In this document: positions 58,320 through 64,000 of the stretch, in pieces | Layout of the letters: every line of letters begins with the position of its first letter | Numbering within the stretch: position 1 is the first letter of the stretch | From: Deltaproteobacteria bacterium | GTDB taxonomy: Bacteria > UBA10199 > GCA-002796325 > JACPFF01 | DNA: 64,000 nucleotides | Direction of reading: 5' to 3' | NCBI GenBank assembly: GCA_016210045.1 | Contig: JACQUX010000009.1 | Span: 65,730 to 129,729, forward strand | The notes under the pieces: model-generated | What the model was told of the DNA's origin: nothing | Databases searched by the model: none | The model's input: the letters and a program-made list of their open reading frames with translations, nothing else | Made by a program: the position numbers and the translations under genes

Positions 58320-58988
58320 ATGCAATCGCTCTCCATTTCCATCATCTTGTTGCTTACGTTGTGCGGCATACGCATCGCCCACGCCGTTTCCTGCCCCGGC
58401 GCGTGTGGAGTGCTGCAGCGGCAGCTCGGAGCGACGGCCGTCGTGACGCCGGAACACGTGCGTCCATTGCGGGAGTGGTTGGGGCGCGCGGTGGTGCAGG
58501 CGCACGGCGCGCAACAATTACGAGCGAGCGGGACATTGCTGGCGCGGGGCTATGCGCAGTTGATGGCGGGCGCGGTGGGCGAGGGCATCCAAACATTATT
58601 GCGCGCGGCGGAACCCCACGCCTCGCATGCGGCGCTGGATGGCGCGTATCTGGGTGTCTTAATCTTGTGGCCGGAATTGACGCCGACCCAGCAAGTGGAT
58701 TGGGCGCGCGACCTGGCCGGCCGCTACGCGTTAGTGGCCGTGGGGGAGCGGCCGCAGCCGAACGGCGCGCCCCCGATACGTCTCCGCCCGCTGGATCTGC
58801 AGCGCCTGATTTGGCTCTACACCTCCGCCCAAGAACCGCGCGCGGTCCAACACTTTACTCAGCTGGGGCAGCGCTGGTTCCCGGAGGATCCCGCCTTTGC
58901 CCGGCAGGCGACGCCGTCGCCGCGTGTCGTGGCCGAACGTCCTACACCGCAAGCAACCGCACCCCACCGCGACCGGCGGGATTGGTAG
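58320..58988 (+). CDS. Hypothetical secreted protein (start set at MQSLSISIILLLTLCGIRIAHA)
   Basis: Signal peptide; last gene of the + strand block. Confidence 0.45.
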   Translation: MQSLSISIILLLTLCGIRIAHAVSCPGACGVLQRQLGATAVVTPEHVRPLREWLGRAVVQAHGAQQLRASGTLLARGYAQLMAGAVGEGIQTLLRAAEPHASHAALDGAYLGVLILWPELTPTQQVDWARDLAGRYALVAVGERPQPNGAPPIRLRPLDLQRLIWLYTSAQEPRAVQHFTQLGQRWFPEDPAFARQATPSPRVVAERPTPQATAPHRDRRDW

Positions 58989-59007
58989 GCCCGGAGGCGT
59001 GCTGCGC

Positions 59008-59760
59008 TCAATGTTTTGGACGTGTCACATCCGCTTCATACGGATGATGCAGCACCAGCGGACGATGGATTTGGCGGACGCGAATGTTGAGCATTTCAAC
59101 GCCGAGAGAAAACGCCATCGCGAAATAGATATAGCCCTTGCCGACGTGTTGCCCCATCCCTTCCGCGACGAGCATCACGCCGATCAGCAGCAAAAAGCTC
59201 AAGCCCAACATTTTCAAACTCGGGTGTCGTTCCACGAAACGGCTGATGGCCCCGGAGAACGCCAACATCAGCAACACGGCGACGACCATCGCGACGACCA
59301 TGACCCAGAGTTGCCGCGCCATCCCGACCGCAGTGATCACGGAGTCGAGTGAAAACACGAGGTCGAGCAAAATCAGTTGTACGATGATCAACCAAAACGC
59401 CGCGTGGCGGGATGACGTGCGGTCGTCCGGATGCGCGCGCTCCATCTTGTCGTAGATTTCGTGCGTGGCCTTCGCCACCAGGAACAGGCCGCCGCCGAGC
59501 AGGATCAAATGGCGTCCTGAGAACGCGTGGTCGAACAGCACAAAGAGCGGCGCGGTCAGTCCCATCACCCACGAAATGGCCGCCAATAATCCGAGGCGCA
59601 TCAATAACGCCAATGACAGCCCGATCAGCCGCGCGCGTGCTTGCTCTGCGAGCGGCAGTTTGCCGACCAATATGGAGAGGAAGACGATGTTGTCGATCCC
59701 GAGGACGACTTCCATCCCGGTCAGGGCCAGGAGCGCAATCCAGGTTTCTGAGGTTGGCAT
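59008..59760 (-). CDS. TerC-family integral membrane protein
   Basis: N-terminal ALTGMEVVLGIDNIVFLSILV; 7 TM segments. Confidence 0.8.
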   Translation of the reverse strand: MPTSETWIALLALTGMEVVLGIDNIVFLSILVGKLPLAEQARARLIGLSLALLMRLGLLAAISWVMGLTAPLFVLFDHAFSGRHLILLGGGLFLVAKATHEIYDKMERAHPDDRTSSRHAAFWLIIVQLILLDLVFSLDSVITAVGMARQLWVMVVAMVVAVLLMLAFSGAISRFVERHPSLKMLGLSFLLLIGVMLVAEGMGQHVGKGYIYFAMAFSLGVEMLNIRVRQIHRPLVLHHPYEADVTRPKH

Positions 59761-59773
59761 TCCGATGTCGTGA

Positions 59774-60106
59774 TTAGAACTGCTTTTGCAGTTCCTTGGT
59801 CCGGCCGATCGTCTTGGTAATGACGACCAACGCGTGGTCTTTTTGTCCGACCCGTGTCTGAATTCGACGCGCCACTGCGGCCTTTTTTGTGGCCTTCAGC
59901 TTGCCGACCAATGCGTCGCGCACGCCCGTCGTCTTGGTCTGCTGCCGCCCCAATCGGTCGAGCCGTTGCTTCAGATAGGTCTGAATGAAGGCCTTGTACG
60001 CCTGCTGAAACGCCTTCGCCCCCTCCGGCGACGTCCGTTTGACGCCCTTCTTGTCCGGGTTGGCCTTCAGAAAATCTGCCCACGTATATTTGTCATGGAT
60101 CGCCAT
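59774..60106 (-). CDS. Small basic hypothetical protein (110 aa, start at MAIHDKY with AAGAGG SD)
   Basis: Lys/Arg-rich; SD 10 nt upstream of the internal ATG. Confidence 0.4.
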   Translation of the reverse strand: MAIHDKYTWADFLKANPDKKGVKRTSPEGAKAFQQAYKAFIQTYLKQRLDRLGRQQTKTTGVRDALVGKLKATKKAAVARRIQTRVGQKDHALVVITKTIGRTKELQKQF

Positions 60107-60180
60107 AGTAGCGGGCCTCTTAGTGGCCCCAGCCACGGCTGTCAAGCGGGTTGTGGATAACAAGTGGAAGCCCCACGGGT

Positions 60181-61065
60181 TTACATATTGCCGGGTGCGA
60201 CGATTAAGCCGACTTGTGCCATCAAGTCGTGGTGGGCGTGATTACGACTGGAGATCCCGAGTCGGTGGAGATAGGCGTGGGCCGCTTCGTGGGCAAAGAC
60301 CGTTGCGCCGTTGGACCCGGCGGCGACTCCCACATTGACGAAGATCCGCCCTGAACCGGAGTCATACAGTCCACCGGGGGCGCCATTGCCCGGCACGTCG
60401 AAGGCATAATAGATCGTCTTGCCATCTTCGGAGAGGAGGGTTCGTTCTCCCCCGAGGAGTGCAGTCGTCTTCTCCTGCGAACGTCGCCGTTCCAACTCCA
60501 CCGGCGACACCCTCTGGAATTGTACGATTGTGGCATGGCGTAGTGCCGCAGTGGCGTGCGCTACCGCGGCCTGGTGTGCCTCGTCGGAGATAGTGGTTCC
60601 ACGGGCCGTCAGTAGTGGACGGAGTCGGGTGGCGGCTGCGGGAAAGTCGCGAATGGCAGTGGCGCGGTGCGCTTCAATCCGGACCTCCAGCGGCGACAGT
60701 ATCCGGACTTCAGTTTTTTCAGTCGTAGGGGGGACGGGGAGCGCCCTCCTGGTCGGTGCCGGCGCCGCGGGTCCTCCGGCCTGACTGGTCCCCACCGGCC
60801 TGGCCAGGATCGACTGCCGCACCCCTTGGCACCCCGCGACGCCGTGGAGCCGCTTGGCTGCAGCAGCCGCCTGTTCGGTTGTCAGCGCCGGCAGGCAGTT
60901 CGTTGCCCTATCGGCCGAACAAGTCCCATTCGCCGACACGGCAGCACCCAACCCCGCCGCGCGCAGACAACGTGCCGTTTGAGGCGTAGTGGGGGCAGTA
61001 ATCGGCAGGCGCGGCGGACCCATATCCCTATTATCGACGGATTGCGTCCTCCAGTTGCCACGCAT
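60181..61065 (-). CDS. Hypothetical protein with C-terminal HExxH (HEAAHAYLH) zinc-metallopeptidase-like motif
   Basis: Single HExxH motif near the C-terminus; start uncertain. Confidence 0.4.
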   Translation of the reverse strand: MRGNWRTQSVDNRDMGPPRLPITAPTTPQTARCLRAAGLGAAVSANGTCSADRATNCLPALTTEQAAAAAKRLHGVAGCQGVRQSILARPVGTSQAGGPAAPAPTRRALPVPPTTEKTEVRILSPLEVRIEAHRATAIRDFPAAATRLRPLLTARGTTISDEAHQAAVAHATAALRHATIVQFQRVSPVELERRRSQEKTTALLGGERTLLSEDGKTIYYAFDVPGNGAPGGLYDSGSGRIFVNVGVAAGSNGATVFAHEAAHAYLHRLGISSRNHAHHDLMAQVGLIVAPGNM

Positions 61066-61133
61066 GAGCCCCCTGATTGACGCCGCAGCCCAGTCGGCCT
61101 ATCAATCGCGCCTGGCATGATAATAACTGCATC

Positions 61134-61196
61134 GCAGGGGGACAGGTACCGTCGGATATAGGAAATATGCGGATTTGTCGGTACCTGTCCCCCTGC
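61134..61196. repeat. REP hairpin copy 6, immediately upstream of birA
   Basis: GCAGGGGGACAGGTACC...GGTACCTGTCCCCCTGC seen directly. Confidence 0.85.
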
Positions 61197-61222
61197 GAGG
61201 TGTTGAGGAATTGGCAGCGATT

Positions 61223-61855
61223 ATGGATATGATCCTCCATCACCACGATTGGCTCGATTCCACGAACGACGAGGTGATGCGTCTGGCCCGTGCCGGGGCG
61301 CCGGAGGGGACGGTGGTGGTGGCCGATGCGCAACGTCGCGGGCGGGGGCAGGCAGGAAGGGTGTGGGAATCGCCGCCGGGGAGGAATCTCTATTTTTCGC
61401 TGCTGCTACGGCCCGCGCCGGAACCGGCGGCATGCACGGAGTTGACAGCCGTGGTCGGGCTCGCGCTCGCGGAGGCGCTCGAAACGGCGTGTCGCGGGGT
61501 CGCTGGTGGTGCGGCCGTGCAGGTCGGCCTCAAGGCCCCGAATGACCTGCTGCTCGCGGGGAAAAAACTCGGCGGTATCTTGACCGAAGCGGTGATTTGC
61601 GAAGGGCGCTTCGTCTCTGTCGTGGTCGGGTGTGGGATCAACGTCAACGCGAGGCCCGAAGATTTTTCGCCCGCGCTGCGCTCAACCGCGACCTCCTTAT
61701 ATATGTCGACGCAAGTCACATGGGATCGCCCGACATTGCTGACGACGCTGCTCGACCGTCTGACCCGCGTCTACGCGCACTATCTCGCCGCAGGCTTCGC
61801 GCCGCTCCGTACCGCATATGCCTCGCGCTTGGTGGAACTACGAGGCGCGCGATGA
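61223..61855 (+). CDS. birA: Biotin--[acetyl-CoA-carboxylase] ligase, group I (no HTH domain)
   Basis: LDSTN, QRRGRGQAGRVWESPPGRNLYFSLLL, KAPNDLLLAGKKLGGIL motifs; start placed after the REP. Confidence 0.8.
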   Translation: MDMILHHHDWLDSTNDEVMRLARAGAPEGTVVVADAQRRGRGQAGRVWESPPGRNLYFSLLLRPAPEPAACTELTAVVGLALAEALETACRGVAGGAAVQVGLKAPNDLLLAGKKLGGILTEAVICEGRFVSVVVGCGINVNARPEDFSPALRSTATSLYMSTQVTWDRPTLLTTLLDRLTRVYAHYLAAGFAPLRTAYASRLVELRGAR

Positions 61856-62646
61856 CGCCGCCGATCGCCGACCTGTTCCTCGCCATCGACGTCGGCAATA
61901 CGAACATCGTCTGTGCACTGCACGATGGCGTGCAATGGCACGCGCCGACCCGCACCGTGACCATGCCGGCGCTGTCCGATCCCGCGCTGGAAGCCATGCT
62001 CCGCGCGGTCTGCGCGGCGAGCCGCGTCGCTGCGACGCAAATTGCCGGCATCGGTGTCGCCAGCGTCGTTCCATCGCTCGACGCCGCGCTGCATACGGCC
62101 GTGCAACGCGTTTGCACCCGGTCGGCCGTTTTCGTGACACCGGCCAATTACCCGCATCCGATCCGCTATCCGCTCCCGCACGAAATCGGCGCCGACCGTT
62201 TGGCCGACGCGGCTGCGGCCCTGGCCCAATTTGGAGCGCCGGCACTCGTGATCGACTTCGGCACCGCGACCACGTTCGATTACCTCGACGCCAGCGGCGC
62301 GTACTGCGGCGGCCCGATCGCGCCCGGCGTGCACCTTTCGCAGGAGGCGCTGTCCCGCGCGGCGGCCAAGTTGCCGGAGATTGCGTTCGCGCGTCCGGCC
62401 GGCTTGATTCCGCATACCACGGTCGAAGCGATGCAAGCCGGACTTTACTATGGTGCCGTGGGTGCCGTGGACGGGATCGTAGAACGGATGTTGACCGAAA
62501 TCGGCGCATCGCCGCAACTCATCGCCACCGGCGGCCTCGCGCCCGTGATCTGTCCGCATCTGCGCTATCCGACCACAATCGCTCCACTGCTGACGTTGGA
62601 AGGGATTCGGTTGCTTACGGCTATGAGGGCGTCAGAAAGTCCGTGA
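61852..62646 (+). CDS. coaX: Type III pantothenate kinase
   Basis: LAIDVGNTN, GADRLADAAAA, VIDFGTATTFD, IATGGLA motifs; ATGA overlap with birA. Confidence 0.85.
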   Translation: MTPPIADLFLAIDVGNTNIVCALHDGVQWHAPTRTVTMPALSDPALEAMLRAVCAASRVAATQIAGIGVASVVPSLDAALHTAVQRVCTRSAVFVTPANYPHPIRYPLPHEIGADRLADAAAALAQFGAPALVIDFGTATTFDYLDASGAYCGGPIAPGVHLSQEALSRAAAKLPEIAFARPAGLIPHTTVEAMQAGLYYGAVGAVDGIVERMLTEIGASPQLIATGGLAPVICPHLRYPTTIAPLLTLEGIRLLTAMRASESP

Positions 62647-62660
62647 CCAATTCGTTCCAC

Positions 62661-63983
62661 TCACACCGCCGTCGCGCCGAAGTCGAGGCGGATCACGAGG
62701 CCGGTCGTTGTCATCTCGGAGGTGATCGTCCAGCCCAGCGCTTGCGCCACGGCGGCGAGGATCGGGTCCGGGCCAGGGCGGGTCCAGTCAATGTGCCGGT
62801 GGAGGTACGAGGCGTCCGTCGGATGCGTCGCGGATGGGTATTGCAGTGTGAAGATCGTGCCGTCCCAGGTCTGCGCAGCAGCCGAACGCAGCAACGGGGC
62901 GAGGAAGAGTCCGGCGAGTTCACTCCGTGCAGTGGTCACGCGATATTCGCGCGTGGCGTCGATCCCGCGAGCGTGAGTGCTGCGATTGCGCAGTCCCGTC
63001 ACGCGGGAAGGGATGTCCCCCGATTCTCCGCAGCTGGGGGCCTCGCAGATACCGAAAGCGACTGCGGAGCATTTTTCGATCGCTTGTGTCCAACTGGAAC
63101 TGAATGCGATCACGAGCGCTCGTGGTGCCGCGGTGAGTCCTTCCCCAATAGCCAACTCGGCCGCGCGCAGCTTTGCCTTCGTGACGCGGATCCAGTCGGA
63201 AACGCGCTGCCACTCGGCCTGATCCGTTCCCGCCCATTCCATCCGCCGACAGCAATCCGCGTATACAGTATCGACATAATCGAACAGTTGAACCGCGGCC
63301 TGCACCTTACCGGCGCTGGTGAAGCTGGAAAGCAGAGCGGGGAGGTCCGCGGCGCGGTATTCGATTTCGTCCGCGATGGAAAAATCGGGCGCGGGGCGGA
63401 ACGAGTTGGCGGGGAATGTGAACGTGACGGTAGTCCCTTCTCCTACGGTCGATTCAATCGCCCACGCAATTCCGAATCGCGCGCACGTGGTGCGGATGCT
63501 GGCCCACCCCAGACCATGCCGATCCTCCGGCGCAACGGGCCGACCGTCGTGGATCCGCTCGCCGGCCCGCAATCGCTCCAACGCCTCCGGTGCAATCCCG
63601 GTTGCGTTGTCCTGGATGCTCAGGCGATTTCCGACGCGCTCCAGATCGATACAGACTTGCGTCTCCGAGCCAGGATGCGCGATCGCGTTGCGGATGCAAT
63701 TTTCAGCGAGAGCGCGCACCGCCTCGGCCAGTTCCGCAGCCGCTAAGCTCAGATACTCCAAGCCATGGAATGCGATGGCAATTCGATCGCCAAACGCGGC
63801 TTTCAAGCGCTGCGCCAGCGAGCGGAGACTCGTCGAGGCTGGGGCGCAGAGGGCACGGAGGTCGTCCCAGCGGCCCCGCTCAATGTCGCTTGGAATATGC
63901 ACATAAACATCCGTCACCCGATGCGCCACGTCGTGCGCGATGCGCTGAAGTGCCAGGTCAGGACCGGAACTCCACTGGCCCAT
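62661..63983 (-). CDS. Protein with histidine-kinase-like ATPase (HATPase_c) domain; may extend beyond the window
   Basis: NAIAH, LGWASIRTT, GEGTTVTFTFP Bergerat-fold motifs near the N-terminal half. Confidence 0.45.
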   Translation of the reverse strand: MGQWSSGPDLALQRIAHDVAHRVTDVYVHIPSDIERGRWDDLRALCAPASTSLRSLAQRLKAAFGDRIAIAFHGLEYLSLAAAELAEAVRALAENCIRNAIAHPGSETQVCIDLERVGNRLSIQDNATGIAPEALERLRAGERIHDGRPVAPEDRHGLGWASIRTTCARFGIAWAIESTVGEGTTVTFTFPANSFRPAPDFSIADEIEYRAADLPALLSSFTSAGKVQAAVQLFDYVDTVYADCCRRMEWAGTDQAEWQRVSDWIRVTKAKLRAAELAIGEGLTAAPRALVIAFSSSWTQAIEKCSAVAFGICEAPSCGESGDIPSRVTGLRNRSTHARGIDATREYRVTTARSELAGLFLAPLLRSAAAQTWDGTIFTLQYPSATHPTDASYLHRHIDWTRPGPDPILAAVAQALGWTITSEMTTTGLVIRLDFGATAV

Positions 63984-64000
63984 GCCGTCGTCGATCCGCC

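Noticed and set aside
60107-60180. Mn (yybP-ykoY) riboswitch upstream of the TerC-family gene
   Set aside because: Only 13 nt separate terC from the upstream gene and the 74-nt region before that gene is too short and lacks the conserved riboswitch helices; not supported.
863-61196. Possibility that the six GGGGACAGGTACC palindromes are a CRISPR array
   Set aside because: Copies are tens of kb apart, individually palindromic with differing loops, and associated with a RAYT gene, which are the features of REP elements; no regularly spaced direct repeats or cas genes were seen.
1-64000. tRNA or rRNA genes in intergenic gaps
   Set aside because: All gaps over 60 nt were read; none shows the conserved GTTCGA-type T-arm or acceptor-stem pairing, or rRNA-like conserved blocks.

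Overview
This 64 kb window is high-GC bacterial chromosomal DNA, by eye roughly 65% GC, and no rRNA, tRNA or CRISPR array was found. Housekeeping genes are recognisable from the translations: smc, pyrF and pyrE, trpS, birA and coaX, trmL, a tryptophanase-like lyase, an Na/Pi cotransporter, an ABC exporter pair, an SPFH protein and a TerC-family protein. Accessory content is interleaved with them: (i) a REP hairpin family of six copies (GGGGACAGGTACC-N25-30-GGTACCTGTCCCC) plus a REP-associated tyrosine transposase (RAYT, IS200-like) flanked by two REPs; (ii) an overlapping HEPN/nucleotidyltransferase pair and a Phd/YefM antitoxin whose RelE/ParE partner is frameshifted; (iii) three unrelated orphan NTPase families (Arch_ATPase+DUF234, AlbA_2/Schlafen-like, AAA+DUF4143); (iv) a giant alpha-2-macroglobulin, a caspase-like/thioredoxin fusion, and several secreted or outer-membrane proteins. 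The most striking region is 38.7-59.0 kb on the + strand: three paralogous modular giant ORFs of 902, 1695 and 3114 aa plus an AAA+ ATPase and a small secreted protein. The first two giants each carry a duplicated REP-containing leader, and the largest embeds a complete SNF2-type ATPase core (motifs I-VI); I could not match this cluster to any described system. All protein assignments are motif-level readings of the supplied translations; no database search was possible.
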